Assembly (NCBI GenBank): GCA_002696965.1
Contig: NZUB01000049.1
Location: 1-40,728, forward strand
DNA length: 40,728 bases
Direction: 5' to 3'
DNA from: Flavobacteriales bacterium
Lineage (GTDB): Bacteria > Bacteroidota > Bacteroidia > Flavobacteriales > TMED113
Below, in pieces: positions 9,165-17,877 of the stretch; position 1 is the stretch's first letter; every line of letters starts with the position of its first letter. The position numbers and the translations under genes were made by a program. Under the pieces are notes generated by a model. That model made no database searches. It had not been told where the DNA came from and saw nothing but the letters and a program-made list of their open reading frames with translations.

Positions 9165-10721
9165 TTATTTTTTTACTAACCTGTTAATACTTACAATGGT
9201 AAGTTCATTTGATGGTAACTTATATTCGTGCATAGGGTCAGGTCTAAGTCCAACATCACTAGCTAGTTCTAAAAAGACATCATACTCTAAAATATATTGA
9301 TCAGAAAAACCATGTGAGGCATCGTATGCTGTCATGGCTATTTTTCCAATATTATTAGCGGCTTCTTTTGGATTCATTGTATGTAGTTCAACAATTAATA
9401 ATCCATATTTTTTTAAATAAGGAGCCCATTTTTCTAAATGTTCTTTGAAATTTTGTTGTAACGCATTATTTGTAATTCTTTGTCCTTTTTTACAAAATGC
9501 TCCACTTGATTTAATTTTTTGTGTTATTTCGTTTTTTGGGGTATAATATATTCTATTATGATCTAAAAAAGATCTCATATTTAATAAATCTTCAAGATTT
9601 ACTTGATATTTTTTTTGAATTTTTTTAGCCAGCAAATTAGGTTCACTTATATCTCCGATAATAGTTTTGACTTTGATATTGACTTTGTGCAGATTCTTTT
9701 GTGTTATTTCAATTGCTTTATGATTATAATCACACCCAATAATAGTTAAAGGGTATTGATTCAATTGTTTACCTCTTTGGGTTTTTTTACAAATTACATT
9801 AAATACATGTTCTATAAATTTACCATTACCACACCCTACATCGATGAAGCCCTGAGGTTGCTCTTGAATTGGACGATTAAACACATCAATTATTATCTTA
9901 TCAATTTTTTTAAAATATGTATTATGTGCGCCACCACTTCCCCAAACATTCATACCTCTATCAACATGTTTTTCAGTATCTCCACTTGTTGTCCAAAGTA
10001 ACTTATAATTACCAAATATTAAATTTTTAATATTCTGAAAAGTTGGTAGATAAGACACTGTAACTCCATATGATGTAGATCGATTTAAAATAAATTTCCC
10101 ATAATCAGTTATAGTTTTATTATGATCGAGTATTTGTGTGCATATAAATAAATTTTCAATTAATTGTCGAACAAGAGGATGTAGTTGTTTGAAATTTGTA
10201 ATTGTATTTGTGATATTGTCAAAATATCCTTTAAGAGCTAATTCTACTATAATAGGAGATAGAATAGCTCCTTCAATGTGATAATAAAAAATATCTCGTT
10301 CTTTTGTTTTTTGGTATTTTTTAATAAAATTATTTGTGATTTGAAATAGAGCTGTATTTGTGATATTATGACTTTTGTGTAAAATGGAGTAGTCAATACT
10401 TTCTTCATATACACCTGCAACTAAATTATATGTGTCGATTCTTTTTTGGATATTATCATTATTTTTTTTGTTAAAATAAATTTCACCATCATCACTAATA
10501 TTTTGTTCCAATATACCTTGTGAGCATAATAATCTTAGAGCAACATTTAGGTATGCTTCGTTAGCATTATTTTGTTGACTAATTTCAGAAAGTGAACAGT
10601 TCTTAAATTCTGAAATAATTTTTTGATTTTCCAATGCTAGAACGGTAGGTATTATAGCAATACCATCAAGATGTAAGAAAAGTCTTGATAAAAATATTTC
10701 TTTTTTTTGCTTAGCTTTCAT
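9165..10721 (-). CDS. SAM-dependent methyltransferase-like protein with long N-terminal extension, substrate unknown
   Basis: Class I SAM-binding motif GFIDVGCGNGKF about 300 aa into the protein, preceded by HVDRGMNVWGSGGAHNTYF. Two N-terminal segments resemble winged-helix/dimerisation modules (LHLDGIAIIPTVLAL...LRLLCSQGIL and IEGAILSPIIVELALKGYF). The start is uncertain: the track uses the TTG at 10736, and I prefer the ATG at 10721. Confidence 0.5.
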   Translation of the reverse strand: MKAKQKKEIFLSRLFLHLDGIAIIPTVLALENQKIISEFKNCSLSEISQQNNANEAYLNVALRLLCSQGILEQNISDDGEIYFNKKNNDNIQKRIDTYNLVAGVYEESIDYSILHKSHNITNTALFQITNNFIKKYQKTKERDIFYYHIEGAILSPIIVELALKGYFDNITNTITNFKQLHPLVRQLIENLFICTQILDHNKTITDYGKFILNRSTSYGVTVSYLPTFQNIKNLIFGNYKLLWTTSGDTEKHVDRGMNVWGSGGAHNTYFKKIDKIIIDVFNRPIQEQPQGFIDVGCGNGKFIEHVFNVICKKTQRGKQLNQYPLTIIGCDYNHKAIEITQKNLHKVNIKVKTIIGDISEPNLLAKKIQKKYQVNLEDLLNMRSFLDHNRIYYTPKNEITQKIKSSGAFCKKGQRITNNALQQNFKEHLEKWAPYLKKYGLLIVELHTMNPKEAANNIGKIAMTAYDASHGFSDQYILEYDVFLELASDVGLRPDPMHEYKLPSNELTIVSINRLVKK

Positions 10722-10764
10722 AGTATTCCTTTTCAAATCTAATATTATTAATTAATTTAGCATC

Positions 10765-11682
10765 ATGTCTAGATTATTTTACTTCTTTTTGTGCACTGCA
10801 TTATTGCTACTAGTTTCGTGTGATCGTAATACTGAATTAGCAGAAGATCAAATTTACATTGAACTTTGTGGAAATTCTGAACTTGATACTACTAATTTTT
10901 CTGTTTTATCTTTTAACAGATTGAGTAGCACCTCCTTTAATAGTGTTTCTATGGTTGTTAATCAACTTCAGCCGGATTTTATTGGTATACAAGAATCTTA
11001 TGAAATAGGAAAGCAAATTGCAGATCGATATAATTATTGCTTATACGGTAATGATGCTAAAAGTACAGCTATATTATCTAAGTATCCAGTAGAAGTTATA
11101 AATGATATGTATGTTAAAATTATCTTGAATCAAAATCAACATCTTCACTTTTTTAATATTCATCTGCCTGCAAATCCCTATCAGCCCTATGATATAAGAG
11201 ATACTTTGATTACTACAGAATCACAAGCTATTCATCAAGCAGAGCAAACACGTGGTGAATATGTTGATGACTTATTATTTTATGTCAATCAAATTGATGA
11301 TACCATGCCTATAGTTGTTACGGGTGATTTTAATGAACCATCTCATTTAGATTGGGTAGCAGGATCTGAAAATCCAATAAGATTTCAAATTGGAGATGCT
11401 CCTTTTACTGTTAATTGGCCAGCATCTAATAAAATGCTTAATTCCGGTTTGATAGATGCTTATAGATCCGTTTATACGAACCCAATTGATTATCAGGGTT
11501 ACACATGGACTCCTATTATTAATCTCAATGAAGTCCACGATAGAATTGATTTTGTCTATCATAATTCATCTATTAGTGTGAATTCAGTGTTTTTGATTGG
11601 ACCTGATAATATGTCAGACATCAAAATATCCAGTTACGAGTCCGATCATAGAGGTGTTTTGGTTAATTTTAGCTTTAATTGA
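10765..11682 (+). CDS. Endonuclease/exonuclease/phosphatase (EEP) family lipoprotein
   Basis: Lipobox LLLVSC. EEP motifs IGIQES, VVTGDFNEPSHLDW and SDHRGV near the C-terminus. Confidence 0.7.
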   Translation: MSRLFYFFLCTALLLLVSCDRNTELAEDQIYIELCGNSELDTTNFSVLSFNRLSSTSFNSVSMVVNQLQPDFIGIQESYEIGKQIADRYNYCLYGNDAKSTAILSKYPVEVINDMYVKIILNQNQHLHFFNIHLPANPYQPYDIRDTLITTESQAIHQAEQTRGEYVDDLLFYVNQIDDTMPIVVTGDFNEPSHLDWVAGSENPIRFQIGDAPFTVNWPASNKMLNSGLIDAYRSVYTNPIDYQGYTWTPIINLNEVHDRIDFVYHNSSISVNSVFLIGPDNMSDIKISSYESDHRGVLVNFSFN

Positions 11683-11684
11683 AA

Positions 11685-11834
11685 CTAATCTTTTGCAGAG
11701 TTATTCGATTTTTTAAAAACCCCCAATCCAAAAGGAAATAATAATAACATAAATATGAATTTATTGCTTATAAAACCATATACCGTAATTATTAAGGCAA
11801 TAATAAGTATTATATGATAACATGTTTCTTTCAT
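11685..11834 (-). CDS. Small hydrophobic protein, 49 aa, two predicted TM helices (absent from ORF track)
   Basis: Hand translation gives MKETCYHIILIIALIITVYGFISNKFIFMLLLFPFGLGVFKKSNNSAKD*. It fills an otherwise empty 209-nt gap. Its stop lies 2 nt from the convergent EEP stop, matching the packing style elsewhere in the window. There is no homology evidence. Confidence 0.25.
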   Translation of the reverse strand: MKETCYHIILIIALIITVYGFISNKFIFMLLLFPFGLGVFKKSNNSAKD

Positions 11835-11866
11835 AAAACAATATAGCTAGTAATAATATAATATTA

Positions 11867-11874
11867 TATATTTG
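11867..11874 (+). promoter_or_regulatory. Candidate -7 promoter box (TATATTTG)
   Basis: Exact TAnnTTTG match 17 nt upstream of the GTG start at 11892. Confidence 0.4.
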
Positions 11875-11891
11875 ATATATAATTATTCATT

Positions 11892-12620
11892 GTGGGCAAA
11901 CCAAAATCAATAAAAAAGAAAATTTACAACATTATCTTTACAACAAATGGAAGATATGCATATCTTTTTGATGTATGGTTATTGGTATTTATCGTCTTAT
12001 CTTGTATTGGTGTCATATTAGAAAGTGTTCCAAGTATAGACAATAGGTGGGGACATATTTTACTCATAATAGAATGGTTTTTCACAATTATCTTTACTAT
12101 CGAATATGCTTTGAGAATTTACTCTTCAAAAAAGCCTTTTAAATATATTTTTTCTTGGTGGGGTATAATAGATTTTTTAGCTATTATTCCAACATATTTA
12201 AGAACATTTTACCCTCCAATAGGCGTACTCTTAGATATAAGAATTCTTAGGTTAATTAGAGTTTTTAGGGTTTTTAAACTAAAAAAATATATGACAGGAA
12301 ATAATATAATGATGATTGCATTAGATAAATCTAGACCAAAAATTTTAGCCTTTGTATTATTTGTTGTATTACTTGCTGTAGTTTTAGGCTCAGTTATGTA
12401 TATTGTTGAAGGTCAGCAAAATGGTTTTAATACACTTCCAGAATGTATATATTGGTCAATTGTTACTCTAACTACTGTTGGTTACGGTGATATTGTACCT
12501 GTTACCATATTAGGTAAGATTATTGCTACTTTTATTATGATTTTAGGTTATGGTATTATTGCAGTTCCAACTGGTATTGTGTCTGCTGAAATTGTTGAGG
12601 AAAAATATAAAAAAAATTAA
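11892..12620 (+). CDS. 6TM voltage-sensor-type potassium channel (ion transport family), minimal, no cytoplasmic domain
   Basis: TTVGYGD selectivity filter and an S4-like arginine ladder RILRLIRVFRVFKLKK, with six hydrophobic segments. GTG start. Confidence 0.8.
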   Translation: MGKPKSIKKKIYNIIFTTNGRYAYLFDVWLLVFIVLSCIGVILESVPSIDNRWGHILLIIEWFFTIIFTIEYALRIYSSKKPFKYIFSWWGIIDFLAIIPTYLRTFYPPIGVLLDIRILRLIRVFRVFKLKKYMTGNNIMMIALDKSRPKILAFVLFVVLLAVVLGSVMYIVEGQQNGFNTLPECIYWSIVTLTTVGYGDIVPVTILGKIIATFIMILGYGIIAVPTGIVSAEIVEEKYKKN

Positions 12621-14656
12621 AAGTTACATCCAATTGAAACATATAAGTTCCTAGGAGCTTGAACATATAAAGTTCTTGTCCCATCCGGGATATAGTCCCA
12701 GCTATCAGAATTTATCGATCCATTGTTAAAATAATAATTATCAGTTATGTTATTAACAAAAAAGGAGGCAAAGTAATTTTTAAATTTGTAGTCAATTCTT
12801 CCATTTATAATGAAATAATCATTTAATGATTCAGAGTTTTCAAAGTTAATATATGATTGACTTTGATATCTAGCTGATAGATTTATTGTGAAATTTTTTA
12901 ATGAATAACTAAATTCTTGGTTGATTATCAATTTGGGTGTTAAAATAGGAATAAATTCAATTTCATCTTGTAATACCTTGCTATAATTGTAAGAGGAATT
13001 ATTTGTGATTTTTAAATTTTTATTAAAATAATACTCACTAAAAAATTCTAATCCGGTTCTTATGCTATTGTCCACTCTAGATCTTAGGGCCAAGCCGCTT
13101 GGGCCTGTTTGTCCATTTAAAACTCTTTCGTTCTTAAAATCCATATAGAAGTAATTTAAGTTGATTGTTCCATTTGTGAAGGACTTTCTTATTCCTAATT
13201 CAATATTATTTACAAATTCCGCTCTTGTATCGATTAAATCATTTCCATATTGGGGTATAATATAATTAAAGTTAGTATCCATTGGTGCAATGTAATATAA
13301 AATATCATTGCCTTGGAACATGTCATACTTGGCAGGTTCTCTACCAATCCTAGCTAGACTAACATATAATAATCCATTATTGAAAGTTTCATAACTAATG
13401 CCAAATTTTGGATTTAAGAAATTCCATGAAATTTCTTTGAAGTCCATAATCTCGCTGTCATAGTCAAAGCTTGTTTGTCTATACTGAATATCGGCTGAAA
13501 AAAGAAGATTTCTAACTCTATATTCAATTTTACTAAACGCGCTAATCTCTTTTTTAAATCTGTCAACATCATTGAATATGGAGTTTGAAATTGCGTCAAT
13601 TTCAAGAAAATTATTTTGATAAGCATTTCCATGCATTCCAAAATTCAATTTCATACTGTTATTTAAATATTCATAGTTACTAAAGAAACCCAAAAGGTGT
13701 GAGCTAATTTCATTTTTAGTAATTCCATAGCCTGTATCTCCATAATAATTATCTAAATCAAAATTCCACCAACCATTAGCTAAATTGTAATATAATGTTG
13801 AGTTTATTATAGTGTTTGAATTTATTAAAAATGTATTTTGAATTTTTGTTATTAATTGTGAAAAATCATCTTTTTCGTGTGGTGAATTAGCATTCGTTGT
13901 TCTTAAACAGTTAATATCTGACTCTGGAACAGCCATCCATGATAATTCATTTTCTTGATTTCCACCTAAAACACTAAATTTCCAAATTGATTTATCTAAA
14001 AAAAGTCCTGCATTAATATGTATTGACTGAGAGTTGTTAGAAGAATGGTCTTTATATCCATCAGAATAAATTTTAGAAATTCTTACATTTAGTGCTTTGT
14101 TTTTTTTGATTCCAGAATTGAAAGAAGCAAAAGTTCTCAATGTGTTAAAAGAACCGTATCCTAGACCAAAATGATAGTTTTCAGGACTACTTAATTTTTC
14201 AGAAAATAATTCAATGCTACCAGCATAGCTTGCATTACCATTTTTGGTGACACCAGCACCTCTTTGAATTTGAATGTCATCAACTGAATTCAATATATCA
14301 GCAAAATTTGAAAAATAGAAAGCTTGATCCATAGGATCATTTAAGGGTATGCCATCGATAGTGATATTTACACGAGTTTGATCTAGACCTCTTAATCTAA
14401 AGTATGAGTAACCTTGTGTATGTCCTCCATCAACACTGTAAGTTATAGATGGAGTATTGCTAATTAGCATCGCAGGTTCTTGACCGATTGATTTTTGCTT
14501 AATCTCTTGTTTTGAAATATTTTGATAATTAACTGGGCTTGATCCAGTAGCTTTAAATGTTGCATTGACTTCATTTAATTGTATGATAGTATCTAATGAG
14601 TTTTGAGCCAATATAATATGAATAGGTAATAAAAGAAAAGTAATAATATTTCTCAT
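12617..14656 (-). CDS. TonB-dependent outer-membrane receptor, probably for thiamine or a thiamine precursor
   Basis: Signal peptide, plug-domain motifs (RVNITIDGIPLNDP) and a long beta-barrel ending ...VSIGCNF. It sits directly downstream of a TPP riboswitch. Confidence 0.85.
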   Translation of the reverse strand: MRNIITFLLLPIHIILAQNSLDTIIQLNEVNATFKATGSSPVNYQNISKQEIKQKSIGQEPAMLISNTPSITYSVDGGHTQGYSYFRLRGLDQTRVNITIDGIPLNDPMDQAFYFSNFADILNSVDDIQIQRGAGVTKNGNASYAGSIELFSEKLSSPENYHFGLGYGSFNTLRTFASFNSGIKKNKALNVRISKIYSDGYKDHSSNNSQSIHINAGLFLDKSIWKFSVLGGNQENELSWMAVPESDINCLRTTNANSPHEKDDFSQLITKIQNTFLINSNTIINSTLYYNLANGWWNFDLDNYYGDTGYGITKNEISSHLLGFFSNYEYLNNSMKLNFGMHGNAYQNNFLEIDAISNSIFNDVDRFKKEISAFSKIEYRVRNLLFSADIQYRQTSFDYDSEIMDFKEISWNFLNPKFGISYETFNNGLLYVSLARIGREPAKYDMFQGNDILYYIAPMDTNFNYIIPQYGNDLIDTRAEFVNNIELGIRKSFTNGTINLNYFYMDFKNERVLNGQTGPSGLALRSRVDNSIRTGLEFFSEYYFNKNLKITNNSSYNYSKVLQDEIEFIPILTPKLIINQEFSYSLKNFTINLSARYQSQSYINFENSESLNDYFIINGRIDYKFKNYFASFFVNNITDNYYFNNGSINSDSWDYIPDGTRTLYVQAPRNLYVSIGCNF

Positions 14657-14674
14657 TGTATTAAAATTAAAAAT

Positions 14675-14750
14675 TAATAATTCTTTCGGTGAATTACCAC
14701 CACAAGTTCCATGGGTATATTCTCAGCTTATTTGCACCCCACAATGATGT
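14675..14750 (-). promoter_or_regulatory. TPP (THI-box) riboswitch in the 5' leader of the TonB-dependent receptor
   Basis: The reverse complement reads UUGUGGGGUGCAAAUAAGCUGAGAAUAUACCCAUGGAACUUGUGGUGGUAAUUCACCGAAAGAA. It contains the conserved GGGGUGC, CUGAGA and ACCC elements and a GGUG-GUAAUU-CACC P5 hairpin followed by CGAAAG. Boundaries are approximate; the core is 14681-14746. Confidence 0.8.
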
Positions 14751-14769
14751 TGCAATAATAATGATTTTT

Positions 14770-16149
14770 TTATTTACCAATGCAAAAATCCTGAAAAATA
14801 GAATCTAGAAGATGTTCATTTGATATTTCTCCAGTAATTTCTCCTAAAAACTGTAAAGCTCTTTTGATATCTATTGATAAGAATTCACCTGAAATATTAG
14901 ATTTTAAGCCAGAATCAACATCCTTAATGGCCTTAATTGTATTAATTAAAGATTCAAAATGTCTTTGATTAATGATGATAACCTCATTGTTAAAATCTTG
15001 CCACTGTGCAAGACTTGATGCAATAATTTTAAATAATTCTTCAGTACCATTGCCTTTTTTTGCAGAGATATTAATTATTGGAATATTTTTAATTTTCTTG
15101 AAATTAATAGGTTGTTTATCTAAATCTAATTTATTACACAATATAATTAATACTGTTTCCTTGTTTAATGATTTTTGAATTTTTATTATTTCTTTTTCAA
15201 TTTGATATTGATCAAAATCAGTTTTATCTATCATATAAAGAATAAATGCAGATGAATTTATTTTTTCATATGTTTTAGATATACCAATTTGTTCAATTTT
15301 ATCTTTGGTTGTTCTCAGCCCAGCTGTGTCAATAAATCTTAATTTATAACCTTTAAATGTTATTATTTCCTCAATTGTATCTCTTGTAGTACCTTTAATT
15401 TCAGAGACTATTGCTCTTTCTTCATTAAGTAGTTGATTTAATAAAGTCGATTTACCAGAATTTGGATGTCCTACAATTGATATAGGAATACCATTTTTGA
15501 TTACATTACCAATTTTAAAAGAATCAATTAATTTTTGAATTTTTTGTTTAATACTGATTAATAATAATAATAATTCTTTTCGATTGACAAATTCTACATC
15601 TTCTTGACTAAAATCTAATTCTAGCTCTATAAGTGAAGCAAATTTGATTAGTTTGTTTCTTAAGTTTTTTATTTCACTTGAAAACCCACCTCTCATTTGT
15701 TTTATAGCTAAGTTATGAGATTTTTCATTTTCTGATGAGATAAGTTCTGCAACTCCTTCTGCTTGGGATAAATCTAACTTGCCATTTAAAAAAGCTCTTA
15801 ATGTAAATTCTCCTTTTTTAGCTAATCGACAATTATTTTGTATTAGTATTTGAATTATTTTTTCTTGTATATAAGTAGATCCATGACATGATATTTCTAC
15901 TATATTTTCACCAGTATATGAGTGAGGAGATACGAAAGAAGTTATTACTACTTCATCTATAGTTTTGTGGTTTTCAATAATTTCTCCAACTAAAACCTGT
16001 TTAGATTTTATAGTAGAAATTTTTTTCTGATTATAGGCTTTAAAAATATTATTAGTATTATTGATAGCATCTAAACCAGAAATTCTTATAGTAGCTATTG
16101 CACCTTTGCCTTTTGCTGTTGAAATAGCACAAATTGTATCTTGATTCAT
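14770..16149 (-). CDS. mnmE: tRNA uridine-5-carboxymethylaminomethyl modification GTPase
   Basis: N-terminal DTICAISTA, G-domain GHPNSGKSTLLN and DTAGLR, and the C-terminal CIGK motif. Length 459 aa. Confidence 0.9.
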   Translation of the reverse strand: MNQDTICAISTAKGKGAIATIRISGLDAINNTNNIFKAYNQKKISTIKSKQVLVGEIIENHKTIDEVVITSFVSPHSYTGENIVEISCHGSTYIQEKIIQILIQNNCRLAKKGEFTLRAFLNGKLDLSQAEGVAELISSENEKSHNLAIKQMRGGFSSEIKNLRNKLIKFASLIELELDFSQEDVEFVNRKELLLLLISIKQKIQKLIDSFKIGNVIKNGIPISIVGHPNSGKSTLLNQLLNEERAIVSEIKGTTRDTIEEIITFKGYKLRFIDTAGLRTTKDKIEQIGISKTYEKINSSAFILYMIDKTDFDQYQIEKEIIKIQKSLNKETVLIILCNKLDLDKQPINFKKIKNIPIINISAKKGNGTEELFKIIASSLAQWQDFNNEVIIINQRHFESLINTIKAIKDVDSGLKSNISGEFLSIDIKRALQFLGEITGEISNEHLLDSIFQDFCIGK

Positions 16150-16169
16150 TTTTCAAAAATTAATTTCCA

Positions 16170-16177
16170 CAAATTTA
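16170..16177 (-). promoter_or_regulatory. Candidate -7 promoter box (TAAATTTG on the minus strand) for mnmE
   Basis: Exact TAnnTTTG match 20 nt upstream of the mnmE ATG at 16149. Confidence 0.35.
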
Positions 16178-16223
16178 ATTTATTATTGTTAGTTAATATT
16201 TTATTATTAGTTGATTTATTTTC

Positions 16224-16231
16224 TAAGTTTG
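16224..16231 (+). promoter_or_regulatory. Candidate -7 promoter box (TAAGTTTG) for sucD
   Basis: Exact TAnnTTTG match 18 nt upstream of the ATG at 16250. Confidence 0.35.
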
Positions 16232-16249
16232 TGATTCAATAATTTTGTT

Positions 16250-17119
16250 ATGAGTGTTTTAATAAATAAGGATTCAAGAGTATTGGTGCAAGGTTTTACA
16301 GGAAGTGAAGGTACTTTTCATTCAGCAGAAATGATAAAATACGGAACTAATATTGTTGCCGGTGTTACACCTGGAAAAGGCGGCCAGTTACATTTAGATA
16401 AACCAGTATTTAATTCTGTATCTGAAGCTGTTCAAGAAACTCAACCAAATGTTTCTATTTTATTTGTGCCACCCAAATTTGCCAAATCAGCTATTATAGA
16501 ATCAATTAACTCAGAAATGGAGTTAATTGTATGTATTACGGAAGGTATACCAATTAGAGATATGATTGAAGTTAAGCATCGTTTAAACGAATCAAATTCT
16601 AGACTTATTGGTCCAAATTGTCCTGGAATTATTACTCCTGGAGAAATTAAGTTAGGTATTATGCCGGGTTTTATTCATAAAAAGGGTACTATTGGTGTTG
16701 TATCACGTTCTGGGACTTTGACTTATGAAGCGGTTGATCAATTAACAAAAGAGGGTTTAGGTCAATCTACATGTATTGGAATTGGGGGGGATCCTGTGAT
16801 TGGTACCACTACTTGTGATGCTGTTAAAATGTTTATGAATGACCCGGAAACTAACGGTATTGTATTAATTGGAGAAATTGGAGGGCAAATGGAAAATGAT
16901 GCTGCTTATTGGATAAAAAAGAATGGTACAAAACCAGTTGTTGGATTTATTGCAGGTCAAACAGCTCCTCCTGGCAGAAAAATGGGACATGCTGGTGCAA
17001 TTGTTGGTGGCAAAGATGATACAGCAGCAGCTAAAATGCGTATTATGAGAGATTGTGGTATATCTGTTGTGGAATCACCAGCACATATTGGAAAAACTAT
17101 GAAACAAATTCTGACATAA
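16250..17119 (+). CDS. sucD: Succinate--CoA ligase (ADP-forming) subunit alpha
   Basis: [33 protein letters not shown] and the phosphohistidine loop GHAGAIV. Length 289 aa. Confidence 0.95.
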   Translation: MSVLINKDSRVLVQGFTGSEGTFHSAEMIKYGTNIVAGVTPGKGGQLHLDKPVFNSVSEAVQETQPNVSILFVPPKFAKSAIIESINSEMELIVCITEGIPIRDMIEVKHRLNESNSRLIGPNCPGIITPGEIKLGIMPGFIHKKGTIGVVSRSGTLTYEAVDQLTKEGLGQSTCIGIGGDPVIGTTTCDAVKMFMNDPETNGIVLIGEIGGQMENDAAYWIKKNGTKPVVGFIAGQTAPPGRKMGHAGAIVGGKDDTAAAKMRIMRDCGISVVESPAHIGKTMKQILT

Positions 17120-17121
17120 TT

Positions 17122-17868
17122 ATGAAATTATTAAAACAAAAAACTGCTATTGTCACTGGTGGTTCAAGAGGAATTGGAAGAGCAATTGTATTGAAGTTTG
17201 CTGAAAATGGCGCCAATGTAGTATTTACATATGTTTCTTCTGCCGAAAAAGCTAATTTAGTTGTGAAAGAGTGTCAAAAGTATAATGTTAAGGTTAAGGC
17301 TATTAAATCAGATGCTTCTGATTATAATTCTGCTGAAATATTAATAAATAACATATTAAAAGATTTTAATACAATTGATGTATTGGTAAATAATGCAGGT
17401 ATTACAAAGGACAATTTATTATTACGAATGTCAGATACAGATTTTAATTCTGTTATGCATATTAATATGAGCTCTGTCTTTAATATGACTAAACATGTTC
17501 AGAGGACTATGTTAAAAGCAAGAGATGGGTCTATTATTAATTTAAGTTCTGTAGTAGGTGTTAAAGGAAATGCTGGTCAATCTAACTATGCGGCATCTAA
17601 GGCTGCAATTATTGGTTTTTCTAAATCTATTGCATTGGAACTTGGCTCCAGAAATATTCGATCTAATGTTATAGCTCCTGGTTATATAGAAACAGAAATG
17701 ACAAATCGTCTTGATACAGATGTGGTTAATCAATGGAAGGAAAGTATCCCATTAAAAAGAACAGGTAATTCTGAAAATGTTGCTAATGTTGCATTATTTT
17801 TAGCATCTGATTTATCATCCTACATTACTGGGCAAGTAATTAATGTATGTGGAGGTATGGTAACTTAA
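17122..17868 (+). CDS. fabG: 3-oxoacyl-[acyl-carrier-protein] reductase
   Basis: TGGSRGIGRAI cofactor motif, NNAGI, the catalytic YAASKAA (YxxxK) and PGYIETEM. The track start at 17053 overlaps sucD. The ATG at 17122 gives the canonical MKLLKQKTAIVTGG N-terminus. Confidence 0.85.
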   Translation: MKLLKQKTAIVTGGSRGIGRAIVLKFAENGANVVFTYVSSAEKANLVVKECQKYNVKVKAIKSDASDYNSAEILINNILKDFNTIDVLVNNAGITKDNLLLRMSDTDFNSVMHINMSSVFNMTKHVQRTMLKARDGSIINLSSVVGVKGNAGQSNYAASKAAIIGFSKSIALELGSRNIRSNVIAPGYIETEMTNRLDTDVVNQWKESIPLKRTGNSENVANVALFLASDLSSYITGQVINVCGGMVT

Positions 17869-17877
17869 TTTTATGAA

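Noticed and set aside
16250-17119. sucD without an adjacent sucC, considered as a possible rearrangement.
   Set aside because: Separated sucC and sucD genes are usual in Bacteroidota, so this is not anomalous.
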